The notes: generated by a model not told the origin, from the letters alone. Counted from the stretch's first letter, positions 1 through 10,692 are shown. The stretch is 21,078 nt of DNA from Sandaracinaceae bacterium (GCA_044220955.1 JBGAQA010000072.1:1-21078); one strand, 5' to 3'. Numbers and translations are program-made.

Positions 1-153
1 GGCGGCTTCGGCGGCGGCGGCGGCGGCTACGGCGGCGGCGGCGGTGGCGGCGGCTTCGGCGGTGGCCGCGGCGGCGGCGGTGGCGGCGGCGGCGGCGGCA
101 AGCGCGACTTCGACAAGAAGCGCCGGCGCGACGACGACGGCGGCGAGTGGTGA
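1..153 (+). CDS. 3' end (partial) of a glycine-rich protein, probably an RRM-type RNA-binding protein
   Basis: Frame 1 reads GGFGGGGGGYGGGGGGGGFGGGRGGGGGGGGGGKRDFDKKRRRDDDGGEW-stop(151-153). A G/F/Y/R-rich tail is typical of RRM, CSD or SSB-type nucleic-acid binders; the N-terminal domain lies outside the window. Confidence 0.7.
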   Translation, partial: GGFGGGGGGYGGGGGGGGFGGGRGGGGGGGGGGKRDFDKKRRRDDDGGEW

Positions 154-270
154 GAGCGCGCCCGGGCGCTCGAGCCCGGGCTCGTCTCGCGTGCGAGGCC
201 TCGGCGATCCCCTGACGGGGCATCGCGCGGGCTCGCACGTCCTGTTCTCGACCCAACCCACGAACGAAGA

Positions 271-312
271 GGCGACCGAAGGATCCTCGGATCCTCCGGT
301 CGTCTTTTTTTT
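271..312 (+). terminator. Rho-independent terminator
   Basis: Stem GGCGACCGAAGGATC(271-285)/GATCCTCCGGTCGTC(290-304) with one mismatch and one G-U pair, 4-nt loop, followed by T8 (305-312). Confidence 0.9.
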
Positions 313-552
313 CGCGCGGAAGGCCACTCGCTGCTTCGCCGACCACGCCGCTGGCACGACCGCGCTCTCGCGTCCCTCCGCGGCGGGCTCCCCTCGACGG
401 GCCACTGCGTGGTGGTCGAGGCCGGCGCGGGTGATCGGCGTGAGACGAGCGCGAAGCGACGAGAGCGCTCCCGCACTTCCTGGGCTTTCGGAAGTTCCTC
501 AGAACTGCATCCGGTCCTTCCCCGGCGCCGAGGCCGCAGTGCGGGCTCCAGC

Positions 553-1980
553 TCAGCTCTGCGGCGCGAACACGATCGGGTAGCTCACGGTGAGCGGCTC
601 CGAGGGGCCGTTCGCGAGGCGGATGGAGCGGACGTTGTTGATCACGCACTCGCTCAGCCCGCGGGAGCCGACCGTGTCGTCCTCGGTCTCGACGTGGCTG
701 AGCACGCCGGCGCGCTCGACCTGCATCGACACCGTGATGCGACCCGAAAGGCCCGGGGTGCGCGTCAGCTCCGTCTCGTAGCAGCGCTGGATCACCGGCA
801 TTCGTGCGCGCAGCGCGGCGCGCAGCATCGCGTCGTTGAACACCACGGGGTCGATCGGATCCTCGATCGGCTGCCACGCGACGTGCGGGTGGTGCGGCGC
901 CCTCTCGACGATCGGCGTGCCGTGGTCGAGCGGGCCGACGGGGCCCGTGGCGATTCGCGGATCGAAGTCGGTCCCGGGCAGGCCCGTCGTGTGATCGCGC
1001 GGGTCGAGCGTGGCCGTCGTCGTGCCGGGCACGACGGTCCCGGCGGCGGCGAGGATCGACGCGGCGTCGTCCGTGGGCTGGCCGTGATCGAGCAGATCCT
1101 GCACCGCGCCGTGGATGCCCTCGGAGCCGATCAGGAGCTGATCGACGCGCGCGAGCGCGGTGGCCGCCACGATCGTCGGGTCGGGATCCGCCACGTGGGT
1201 GACCGTGTGCGTCGCGTGCGCGACGGGATCGTGCGACGGCGAGGGGTCGTGCGAGGGCGTCGTCGGATCGCTCGGCTGCGTCGGGTCGGTCGGCTGGGAT
1301 GGGTCGTCGATCGTCGGCTCCGGCGGCGGCGTGGCCTCCGCGAAGTAGATCATCGCCTCGCGATCGGTCACGGCGGCGAGGCTGGGCGGTACCGGCCAGT
1401 CCGCGCCCGAGAGGCCGACGATCAGCCCCAGGTGGAGCATGAACGACGCCGCGGCGACGGCCGTGAAGAGCCAGTCCACGCGATCGAGCAGGCCGCCGCG
1501 GACCGCCTGCGGGAGCTCGGGCCGTGCACGCTTCACCGGCGCCGCCACGCGCTGGAAGAGGACCGACACGGCACCCTCGGCGCCGCCCGGGAGCACGACG
1601 CGCCCGCGCGCGCTCGGGTCGAGCGCGATCGAGGTGCCGGCGAGCGGCGCGAGCTCGCGCGGGCCCGCCTCGAGCTGGACGCGGCCGCTCGCGTGCGCCG
1701 GGACGATCAGCGTCATCTCGCCGTCGTCGATCCGCAGCAGCGTCGTCGCCGGGCCCGCGTGCGGGCCGAGGAACACGTCGGCGTCGTCCGTACCTCCGGC
1801 GCTCACCCGCCCGGACTCGAGCACCCACTCGCGCTCGATCCGCCCGGCCCGTGCGATCGCCACGCGCAGCGCGCTCCGCTCGGCCTCGCCGGGCTTCGCG
1901 CGCCCGACGGCGCGCATCGCATGGGTCATGGCGCCAGGACGGACGTTCCCGGACGCCGAAGAAGAAGCTCCTTCGCGCAT
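553..1980 (-). CDS. AgmX/PglI C-terminal domain (TonB_C-like) membrane protein, GltG-like
   Basis: ATG at 1980 preceded by GAGGG (alternative ATG at 1929). N-terminal beta-rich cytoplasmic domain, one TM helix with a TonB-type SxxxH motif (ASFMLHLG), Pro/Thr/His linker, and C-terminal IQRCYETELTRTPGLSGRITVSMQV...CV...VSYPIVF. Confidence 0.8.
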   Translation of the reverse strand: MREGASSSASGNVRPGAMTHAMRAVGRAKPGEAERSALRVAIARAGRIEREWVLESGRVSAGGTDDADVFLGPHAGPATTLLRIDDGEMTLIVPAHASGRVQLEAGPRELAPLAGTSIALDPSARGRVVLPGGAEGAVSVLFQRVAAPVKRARPELPQAVRGGLLDRVDWLFTAVAAASFMLHLGLIVGLSGADWPVPPSLAAVTDREAMIYFAEATPPPEPTIDDPSQPTDPTQPSDPTTPSHDPSPSHDPVAHATHTVTHVADPDPTIVAATALARVDQLLIGSEGIHGAVQDLLDHGQPTDDAASILAAAGTVVPGTTTATLDPRDHTTGLPGTDFDPRIATGPVGPLDHGTPIVERAPHHPHVAWQPIEDPIDPVVFNDAMLRAALRARMPVIQRCYETELTRTPGLSGRITVSMQVERAGVLSHVETEDDTVGSRGLSECVINNVRSIRLANGPSEPLTVSYPIVFAPQS

Positions 1981-2026
1981 GGTCCCTCGGACCGCGAGCC
2001 GTTGGGTGCTTCGCGGTTCGCAGGTA

Positions 2027-2053
2027 CCGACAGCGACCCTCGCCGGAAGTTCC
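2027..2053 (-). promoter_or_regulatory. Possible ECF-sigma promoter for the GltG-like gene
   Basis: Minus strand GGAACTT-N15-GTCGG in the 86-bp gap upstream of the ATG at 1980. Confidence 0.3.
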
Positions 2054-2066
2054 GCGAACGGCTCGG

Positions 2067-3548
<1,482 letters not shown>

Positions 3549-3560
3549 GCCGGCCAGCTC

Positions 3561-3971
3561 TCAGGCGACGAGCCCACGCAGCTCCGCGTAGTGTCGGTCG
3601 GCGTAGTACGACAGGACGTCGAGCGCGTCGTCGAACTCGCTCCGGTCGAGCTCGGCCGTCGGGTACTCGACGGTCAGCACGACGTCGAGGTCGTCGTCGA
3701 TGGAGAACTTCGCCATCAGGAGCTGGTGGTTGAGCTCGAGCAAGCGCGTGTAGAGCCTGGCCGCCTTCTCGGGCCCCTCCGGAGACTTCACGAACGGAAC
3801 GATGGCGAACACCATGAACCCCGCCGGGTCCACGCGGATGTGGAACGGGAAGCTCCCCTTCTGGCCGTGGAAGAGGCTCTTGTACGTGTCCTCGGCGATG
3901 CGATGGCAGGGCCAGCCGCCGTCCTCCAGGATCGCGCGGATCGACTCGTGCGTGAGACGGACGCGGGTCAT
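3561..3971 (-). CDS. YbjN-domain protein (type III secretion chaperone-like fold)
   Basis: 136 aa from ATG at 3971; pattern LYTRLLELNHQLLMAKFSIDDDLDVVLTVEYP...LD..EF..AL..L...AD; 12-nt gap to the kinase gene. Confidence 0.8.
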   Translation of the reverse strand: MTRVRLTHESIRAILEDGGWPCHRIAEDTYKSLFHGQKGSFPFHIRVDPAGFMVFAIVPFVKSPEGPEKAARLYTRLLELNHQLLMAKFSIDDDLDVVLTVEYPTAELDRSEFDDALDVLSYYADRHYAELRGLVA

Positions 3972-3980
3972 CCGAGCGCG

Positions 3981-4009
3981 AACGTACCGGAACGCGGGGT
4001 GAGGCTCAA
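3981..4009 (-). promoter_or_regulatory. Putative sigma70 promoter for ybjN-like/kinase genes
   Basis: Minus strand TTGAGC(4009-4004)-N17-TACGTT(3986-3981), 9 nt before the ATG. Confidence 0.55.
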
Positions 4010-4025
4010 CACGCGTCCGGACGCG

Positions 4026-4054
4026 TTGACAGCGCGCGCCGTCGCGTGTTGAGT
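4026..4054 (+). promoter_or_regulatory. Putative sigma70 promoter for the TatT-like gene
   Basis: Perfect TTGACA(4026-4031)-N17-TTGAGT(4049-4054; weak -10), 7 nt before the ATG at 4062. Confidence 0.45.
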
Positions 4055-4061
4055 GTCGGCC

Positions 4062-4982
4062 ATGGGGCACGGAGCGAAGGGGGCGGTGATTCTCGCAGGC
4101 GCGCTGGCGCTTGGCGGGGTGACGGGCGGGTGCGCGACGGTGCGCGCAGGAGCGTGGACCACCACGACGACCAGCACGATGATCCCCGTGACCCCCGCCG
4201 CGCAGGCGGAGGGCGCGCTCGTCGCCCGTGGGGAGACGGAGTGGGCGCAGCGCGGCAGGGAAGAGCACGCGCTCGCCGCCGTGCAGGCCTGGTCTCGCGC
4301 GCTCGAGGCGACGCCGACCGACGCCGTGCTCTGGGCGCGCCTCGCCCGAGCGCAGTACTTCCTCGCCGACGCGCACTACGCGCCCGATCCGGGCCGTGCC
4401 GTCCAGGCGTCGGACATGTTCGCCGCGGCGATCACGTCGGGCGAGCGCTCGATCCTCGCGCGGGAGCCCGAGCTCGGGACGCCGCTGCGCTCGGGGCGCC
4501 GCCTGAGCGAGCTGCTCTCGATGCTCGAGGAGCAGGACGTGCCCGGCCTCTACTGGCGGACGATGGCGCTCTCGCGCTGGGCGCGCGGCTACGGGATGTT
4601 CACGCTGAACTCCGTGCGCGACGAGCTGCGGGCGTCGATGTCGCGCTGCGCCGAGCTGGATCGCCTCTACGACGGCGCGGGTGCGGATCGCTTCCTCGCC
4701 GACTCGTGGGCGGGCGCCTCCACCGTGCAGGGCGGCGACCTCGAGCGGGCGCGCCGGCACTTCGAGTACGCGATCCACGCGGCGCCCGATCACCTCGGGA
4801 CGCGCGTCCTCTTCGCGCTCGACTACGCGGTGAAGATGCAGGACCGCGAGCTCTTCCAGACGCAGATCGAGGCCGTGCTCTCCGCCGATCCGGGCGGCGA
4901 CGACGTGGCGCCCGAGAACGCGATCGAGCAGCGCCGCGCGCGGGCCGCGCTCGACCGGATGTGGGCGACCTTCTCGCACTGA
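4062..4982 (+). CDS. TRAP transporter TatT-component family (TPR-like) lipoprotein
   Basis: Signal peptide ending GGVTGGC; motifs LYW...LSRW, LDRLYDGAGADRFLA, GGDLERARRHFEYAI, RVLFALDYAVKMQDRELF...VL, PENAIEQRRA. Confidence 0.8.
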   Translation: MGHGAKGAVILAGALALGGVTGGCATVRAGAWTTTTTSTMIPVTPAAQAEGALVARGETEWAQRGREEHALAAVQAWSRALEATPTDAVLWARLARAQYFLADAHYAPDPGRAVQASDMFAAAITSGERSILAREPELGTPLRSGRRLSELLSMLEEQDVPGLYWRTMALSRWARGYGMFTLNSVRDELRASMSRCAELDRLYDGAGADRFLADSWAGASTVQGGDLERARRHFEYAIHAAPDHLGTRVLFALDYAVKMQDRELFQTQIEAVLSADPGGDDVAPENAIEQRRARAALDRMWATFSH

Positions 4983-5221
4983 CCGCTCGGCTCCCTCGCC
5001 CGGCGAGCGCGGCAGAGACCGACTGCGTCCGCCGCTCGTCCCCCGGGCCGGTACGACCCGGCATCCCCGCGGCGTCGGAGCGGGTGGGCCGCGCGTCCGA
5101 GCCGGGCCTGATGGAGCGCGGCAGCTCGGAACGCGCTGGGCCGGGGCGCGCGTCGCGCGGAGCCGCGAATGCGCCGGGCCTCGCTGTGTCAGTCCGCCAC
5201 GCAGCGTGCGTCGGAGGAGAC

Positions 5222-5440
5222 ATGAGCCGTCGCCGGAGTCGCTCGCACGGGTCGTGGACGGGGCGCAGCTGGATCGACGATCTCGATCCCGAGCGCGCGT
5301 GGGTGGACGCGCCGGTCCGCGAGGTCGAGCGCCCGACGCCCGCAGCAGCCGCCAAGCGCGGCGCACGGCTCGCGGAGGCGGGCGAGCCGGCGCTCGGGGA
5401 CGCGATCGGGTGGCTCGGCGCGGCGCAGCGGGAGAAATAG
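5222..5440 (+). CDS. Small hypothetical protein (72 aa)
   Basis: Strong SD GGAGGAG immediately before ATG at 5222; fills the intergenic gap; MSRRRSRSHGSWTGRSWIDDLDPERAWVD... Confidence 0.55.
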   Translation: MSRRRSRSHGSWTGRSWIDDLDPERAWVDAPVREVERPTPAAAAKRGARLAEAGEPALGDAIGWLGAAQREK

Positions 5441-5510
5441 GCGCGTCGTGCGGGGGTCAGTGCCCCCCGATCCCGCGGGTGCGTCACGCACGAGGGGTTC
5501 ATGCGGCGCC

Positions 5511-6893
5511 TCAGCTCGCGAGCGCGAGCTCGAAGCCCACAGCCGCGCCGGCACCGTCGCTCGTGTCGACGAACGCGGTGCCGCCGTGGCGGCGCGCGAC
5601 GTCGCGAACGATGGCGAGGCCGAGGCCCGCGCCGGGGCTCGCGTCGGCGTCGAGTGGCTGCGCGCGGTGGAACGGCTCGAAGATGTGATCACGTGCGCTC
5701 TCGGGGACGCCGGGGCCGCGATCGCGCACGACGACGCGGACACGGCGCGCGTCGGCGTGGACGTGGACGTCGACCTGGGTGCCGGCGGGCGCGTGGGCGA
5801 GCGCGTTGAAGAGGAGGTTGTCGACGGCCTGTCGCACCTCGCGCGGGGAGCCGCGCATCTCGCAGCGCTCGGGTGCCTCGAGCGCGAGGGCCACGCTGCG
5901 TGCCTCCGCGGCGCCCGCGGCGGCGCTCAGCGCCTGGCGCAGCAGCAGGGCGAGATCGAAGTCGAGCTTCTCGGCGTCGCGCGCGCGGAGCGCCGCCAGA
6001 TCGAGGAGCGTGGTCGCGAGCGCGGAGAGACGGTCGACCTCCGCGCGTAGGCCATCGAGCGCCTCGCGGAGCTCTTCCTTGCTCCGATCGCGCCGGAGCG
6101 TGACCTCGATGGACGCGCGCATCGTCGCGAGCGGCGTGCGCAGCTCGTGCGCCGCGTCCGCCACGAGCCGCTCCTGCGCGAGCCGCGCGACGTGCACTTT
6201 CTCCGTCGCCTCCGCGATGGCCCGGCGCAACACGCCCAGCTCGTCGCGGGAGTCGTCGGGCGGCAGGCGCGGCGGGGCCTCCCCGTCGCGCAGGTGGGCT
6301 ACGTGCTCGACGAGCGCCGCGACGCGTCGGTGTAGCCGGCCCGTGGCGAAGAGCTGCAGCCCGAGCAGCACGAGCCCCGTGATCGCGATCGCGAGGAAGG
6401 CGCTCTGCCGGAACGCGCGGAGCGTCGCCTGGTGCGACCCGAGATCGTGGCCGAGCCAGACCGCGTAGCGCGCGCCCGTCGGCGAGCGTACGACGAGCGT
6501 CAGCTCGCGGAACGTGTGGTCCTCGCGCGCGCGCGTGACCGGAGCGCCGGGCGTCTCGCCTCCGGCCTCGTCGGGGCGAAGCGTGTGCGGCCCGCGCTCG
6601 TCCGACGGGTGCGAGGCGACGCGCACTCCCGCCTCGTCGTAGACCGCGATGTCCGAGGCGACGCCGTCGACGCTCGCGCCGAGCGGAGAGACGCCGAGGT
6701 GTACGTGTGGGCGCGGCCCCTCGGGCCCGTCGAAGAGGCTGACGGCCTCGACCGCGGCCTGGGTGGCGATGGCCTCGTCGACCGCGCGCATCATCGAGCG
6801 CTCGAAGAGCTCTCCGGTCACGACGACCGCGAGCACGAGCAGCGTCGTCGGGACGATCGCGCCGAAGATCACCAGCTGCGCTCGCAGGCTCAC
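5511..6893 (-). CDS. HAMP-domain sensor histidine kinase (CzcS/CusS-like)
   Basis: GTG start overlaps the regulator stop (GTGA); two TM helices, H-box AAHELRTPL, N-box NLLFNA, DRGPG, IFEPF, GAGLGLAIV. Confidence 0.93.
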   Translation of the reverse strand: MSLRAQLVIFGAIVPTTLLVLAVVVTGELFERSMMRAVDEAIATQAAVEAVSLFDGPEGPRPHVHLGVSPLGASVDGVASDIAVYDEAGVRVASHPSDERGPHTLRPDEAGGETPGAPVTRAREDHTFRELTLVVRSPTGARYAVWLGHDLGSHQATLRAFRQSAFLAIAITGLVLLGLQLFATGRLHRRVAALVEHVAHLRDGEAPPRLPPDDSRDELGVLRRAIAEATEKVHVARLAQERLVADAAHELRTPLATMRASIEVTLRRDRSKEELREALDGLRAEVDRLSALATTLLDLAALRARDAEKLDFDLALLLRQALSAAAGAAEARSVALALEAPERCEMRGSPREVRQAVDNLLFNALAHAPAGTQVDVHVHADARRVRVVVRDRGPGVPESARDHIFEPFHRAQPLDADASPGAGLGLAIVRDVARRHGGTAFVDTSDGAGAAVGFELALAS

Positions 6894-7582
6894 GCGCGCT
6901 CCTCGTCGAGCACGAGGCGGAACCCGATGCCGCGCACGGCTCGCAGCGTGGGCAGACGGCGGCCGTGCGTGGCTAGCCTGCCGAGCTTGCCGCGAACGTA
7001 GCCGATGTAGACGTCGAGGACGTTCGGGTCGCCCTCGAACGACGATCCCCACACCTCGCGCAAGAGCTCGGCCCGCGTGCGTACCTCGCCCGGGTGCCCG
7101 AAGAGCGCTGCGGCGAGCGCGTACTCGCGCGCGGTGAGCGAGACCTCGTCCGCCTGCACGCGGAGCGCGCGCGTGCGGCCGTCGAGCGTCACGTCGCCGA
7201 AGGTGCGATCGAGGCTCGTGCCCTCGCTGCGCCGGTGCAGGGCCTCGACGCGCGCGCAGAGCTCCTCGAAGTCGAAGGGCTTGGCGAGGTAGTCGTCGGC
7301 GCCTGCGCGCAGGCCGGCCACCTTCTCCTCGGTGCGGCCGCGCGCCGTCAAGAGCAGGATCGGCGTGCGCACCCCCTCGCGGCGCAGGCCGCGCAGGAGC
7401 TCGAGCCCGTCGCCGTCGGGCAGCATCCAATCGAGCACGACCACGTCGTAGGACAGCTGCTCGAGCTGTGCGCGCGCGTCGGCCAGGCGGCTCGTGTGAT
7501 CGACGGTGTGGCCTTCCTCGCGCAACCCACGCAGCAGCACCTGCGCGAGGCGCGCCTCGTCCTCGACGACCAGGATCCTCAT
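6890..7582 (-). CDS. OmpR-family response regulator (CzcR/CusR-like)
   Basis: MRILVVEDE...LDWMLPDGDG...LLTAR...GADDYLAKPF; winged HTH (NVLDVYIGYVRGKL, RGIGF); ATGA overlap with the RND gene. Confidence 0.95.
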   Translation of the reverse strand: MRILVVEDEARLAQVLLRGLREEGHTVDHTSRLADARAQLEQLSYDVVVLDWMLPDGDGLELLRGLRREGVRTPILLLTARGRTEEKVAGLRAGADDYLAKPFDFEELCARVEALHRRSEGTSLDRTFGDVTLDGRTRALRVQADEVSLTAREYALAAALFGHPGEVRTRAELLREVWGSSFEGDPNVLDVYIGYVRGKLGRLATHGRRLPTLRAVRGIGFRLVLDEERA

Positions 7583-10500
7583 CCGACCTCTTCCGCGGGC
7601 AGCTCGACGCGGGCGGCGACCCGCGCACGGGCCGGGACGAAGCGTCCGTAGAGGGTCGGCAGGACCACGAGGGTGAGGAGCGTACTCGTGAACAGCCCTC
7701 CCACCACGACGGTCGCGAGCGGCGCTTGCACCTCGGCGCCGACGCCGTGCGCCATCATCATCGGCACGAAGCCGAGGCCCGCCACGAGCGCCGTCATGAG
7801 CACGGGCCGCAAGCGCGAGCTCGCCGCGGCGAGCGCGGCGTCCGCGGGCGCCCGGCCGAGATCTTCCTCGGCGTGGATCCGCGCGACGAGCACCACACCG
7901 TTGAGCACCGCGATGCCCGAGAGCGCGATGAACCCGATCGCCGCCGAGATCGAGATGGGCATGCCGCGCATCGCCAGCGCGATCATCCCACCGACGGCGG
8001 CGAAGGGCACGTTGAGCGAGACGAGGATGGTGGAGCGGCCGCGCTCCAGCACGCGGACCAGCAGCGCGACGATGAGGACCAGCACCGCGGGGATCACGTA
8101 CGAGAGGCGCGCGCGCGCCCGCTCGAGGCTCTCGTACTGACCGCCCCACACCACGCGATACCCGCGCGGCAAGGGCACGTCCGCGTTCACGCGCGACTCC
8201 GCCTCCTGCACGACCGAGCCGAGATCGCGCTCGCGTACGTTGAAGCCGATCAGGATCCGCCGTGCCGCTTGCTGGTGGCTCACGAGGGCGGGCGTCTCGC
8301 TTTGCGCCACGTCGGCCAGCGCGGAGAGCGGCACGAGCGAGCCGTGCGGGGTCGGGACGAGCGAGCGCGCGGCCTCGAACGCGCTCGGTGGGGTGCCGAG
8401 GTGCACGCGCACGGGGATGCGGATCGGGCCGTCGAACGAGACGCCGGCGAGCAGCCCCGCGCGCTCGGCGCGCACCACGTCGAGCACGTCCGTCGCGTCG
8501 AACCCGAGCTGCGCGGCATCGATCGCCCGCGGCCGCACCTCCAGCACCGGGACCGCCGGGGGCGAGGTGATGCGCACGTCCTCCGCGCCCGCGACGCTGT
8601 GCAGCGTCGCCGCCATGCGCTCGGCGAGCGTCCGGAGCTGCGTCAGGTCGTCGCCGTAGACGCTCAGCGACACGTCGCTCGTCGAGCCGCCGAGCAGCTC
8701 GTTGAAGCGCATCTGGATCGGCTGCGTGTACGCGAGATCCACGCCGGGCTGCGCGGGCGCGATCGCGGCGTCGATCTCGCGGACGAGCTCTTCGTGCGTG
8801 AGCCCCGAGCGCCATGCGTCGCGGCTCCGGAGCCGGAGGAACACGTCGGACTGCTCGATGCCCATCGTGTCGGTCGCGACCGTGGGGCTGCCGATGCGGC
8901 TCGTGGCGCCGAGGACCTCGGGGATGGTCATCGCGGCGCGCTCGACGCGTCCCGCCTGCGTGATCGCCTGCTCGAGCGACACGTCGGGGTGTCGGCTCGG
9001 CTGCACCACGAGGTCGCCTTCGTCGAGCTGCGGCACGAACTCGGTGCCCGCGCGGGCGAAGAGCACCGCGCCCACCACGAGCCCGACGAGAGCCAGGCCC
9101 ATCGGCACGGACGGGTGCCGCGTGACGAACGCGAGCACGGGCGCATAGCCGCGCTCGAGCATGCGCGGGAGCAAGGGCGTCTGGTGCGGCACGTCGCGCG
9201 GGCGCAGCGCGAAGCTCGCCGCCGCGGGCACGTACGTCAGCGAGAGCGCGAGCGCCGTCGCGAGTGCGAGCACCACGGTGAGCGCCATCGGTCGGAACAT
9301 CGTCCCCTCGACACCCTCGAGCGAGAGGATGGGCACGTAGACCAAGAGGATGATCAGCACCGAGTAGAAGACGGGGCGAGCGACGGACGCGGTGATCTCG
9401 GCGATGCGCGCCGGCGGATCGGCGAGCTCGGCGCTCTCTTGCTCGTGGAAGCGGTGGAAGACCGTCTCGACCAGCACCACGGCGCCGTCGACGAGCAGGC
9501 CGAAGTCGAGCGCGCCGAGGCTCATGAGGTTGCCGGGCACTCCGAGCGCCACCATGCCGACCACGGCGCCGAGCATCGAGAGAGGGATGACGCTCGCCAC
9601 CAGCGCCCCTGCGCGCGCGCTCCCGAGCATCGCGAAGAGCACGAGCACGACGAGGACGCCTCCCTCGAAGAGGCTGCGGCCCACCGTGCGCAGCGTCGCC
9701 TCCACCAGCTCGCTCCGATCGTAGGTCTCGTTCAGGACCACGTCGGGGGGAAGGCCCGCGCGCACCTCGGGGAGCACGGCATGTACCCCGGCCAGCACCT
9801 CGAGCGCGTTGGCGCCGGTGAGCATCTGCGCCATCGCGTACACGACCTCCCCGCGCCCGCCGGTCGTCGCGGCGCCGATGCGCGGCTCCATCCCGATGCG
9901 GACGCGCGCGACGTCGCTGATGCGCACCGGTGTTCCGTCCGCGTCCATCGACACGAGCGAGGCGCCGAGCTCCTCGGGGCGGATCGGCAGCGAGAGGCCG
10001 CGCAGGAGCACGTGGCTCGCGCCGGCCTCGAGGCTCGCGCCTGCGGCGGCGCCGACGGCGCGCTCGGTCGCGTCGCGCAGCATGCGCAACGTCACGTGCC
10101 TGCGCGCCATGCGCGTGGGATCTCCGTCGACGGCGAGGGTGCGGCGGCCACCGCCCCAGGTGTTCACCTCGACGATGCCGGGCACGGTGCGCAGGCGCGG
10201 CGCGATGCGCGTCTCGACGATCTCCATCAGCTCCGCGGGCGTGCGGCGATCGGAGCTCACGGCGAACTGGTAGATCTCGCCGAGACCGCCGCTCATCGGG
10301 CCGAGCTCGGGCGCGTCCACGCCCGGCGGGAGGTTGCCTGCGGCCAGCGCGATGCGCTCGGACACCATCTGTCGTGCGCGCACGAGGTCGTAGTCGCTCT
10401 GGAACACGATCGTGACGGCCGAGAGGCCGTAGCGGGAGATGCTTCGCTGATCCGTCTGGCCGGGCAGGCCCGAGGTCGCGAGCTCGACGGGGCGCGTGAC

Positions 10501-10692
10501 GAGGCGCTCGACCTCCTCGGGCGTGTAGCCAGGCGCCGTCGTGAGCACGACGACCTGGGTGCCCGTCACGTCCGGCAGCGCGTCGAAGCGCAGGTGCGAG
10601 CCGACCACGATCCCGACGGCCGCCACGATCGCCCACACGGCCAGCACGGCGATGCGATGCCGCACGGACGCGCGCGCGATGGCTTCGATCAC
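7579..10692 (-). CDS. czcA: CzcA/CusA-family heavy-metal efflux RND transporter
   Basis: 1037 aa from GTG; DALPDVT, GLGEIYQF, NLMSLGALDFGLLVDGAVVLVE (CzcA-type TM4), GVEGTMFRPMA, FTQPI-like YTQPIQMRFNELLGG, RLRPVLMTA, GAEVQAPLATVVVGG. Confidence 0.95.
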   Translation of the reverse strand: MIEAIARASVRHRIAVLAVWAIVAAVGIVVGSHLRFDALPDVTGTQVVVLTTAPGYTPEEVERLVTRPVELATSGLPGQTDQRSISRYGLSAVTIVFQSDYDLVRARQMVSERIALAAGNLPPGVDAPELGPMSGGLGEIYQFAVSSDRRTPAELMEIVETRIAPRLRTVPGIVEVNTWGGGRRTLAVDGDPTRMARRHVTLRMLRDATERAVGAAAGASLEAGASHVLLRGLSLPIRPEELGASLVSMDADGTPVRISDVARVRIGMEPRIGAATTGGRGEVVYAMAQMLTGANALEVLAGVHAVLPEVRAGLPPDVVLNETYDRSELVEATLRTVGRSLFEGGVLVVLVLFAMLGSARAGALVASVIPLSMLGAVVGMVALGVPGNLMSLGALDFGLLVDGAVVLVETVFHRFHEQESAELADPPARIAEITASVARPVFYSVLIILLVYVPILSLEGVEGTMFRPMALTVVLALATALALSLTYVPAAASFALRPRDVPHQTPLLPRMLERGYAPVLAFVTRHPSVPMGLALVGLVVGAVLFARAGTEFVPQLDEGDLVVQPSRHPDVSLEQAITQAGRVERAAMTIPEVLGATSRIGSPTVATDTMGIEQSDVFLRLRSRDAWRSGLTHEELVREIDAAIAPAQPGVDLAYTQPIQMRFNELLGGSTSDVSLSVYGDDLTQLRTLAERMAATLHSVAGAEDVRITSPPAVPVLEVRPRAIDAAQLGFDATDVLDVVRAERAGLLAGVSFDGPIRIPVRVHLGTPPSAFEAARSLVPTPHGSLVPLSALADVAQSETPALVSHQQAARRILIGFNVRERDLGSVVQEAESRVNADVPLPRGYRVVWGGQYESLERARARLSYVIPAVLVLIVALLVRVLERGRSTILVSLNVPFAAVGGMIALAMRGMPISISAAIGFIALSGIAVLNGVVLVARIHAEEDLGRAPADAALAAASSRLRPVLMTALVAGLGFVPMMMAHGVGAEVQAPLATVVVGGLFTSTLLTLVVLPTLYGRFVPARARVAARVELPAEEVG

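Noticed and set aside
1..99. GGC microsatellite
   Set aside because: Explained by poly-Gly coding sequence.
475..506. Overlapping short inverted repeats (ACTTCC/GGAAGT, AGTTC/GAACT)
   Set aside because: Arms of 5-6 bp with no U-tract; not distinguishable from chance.
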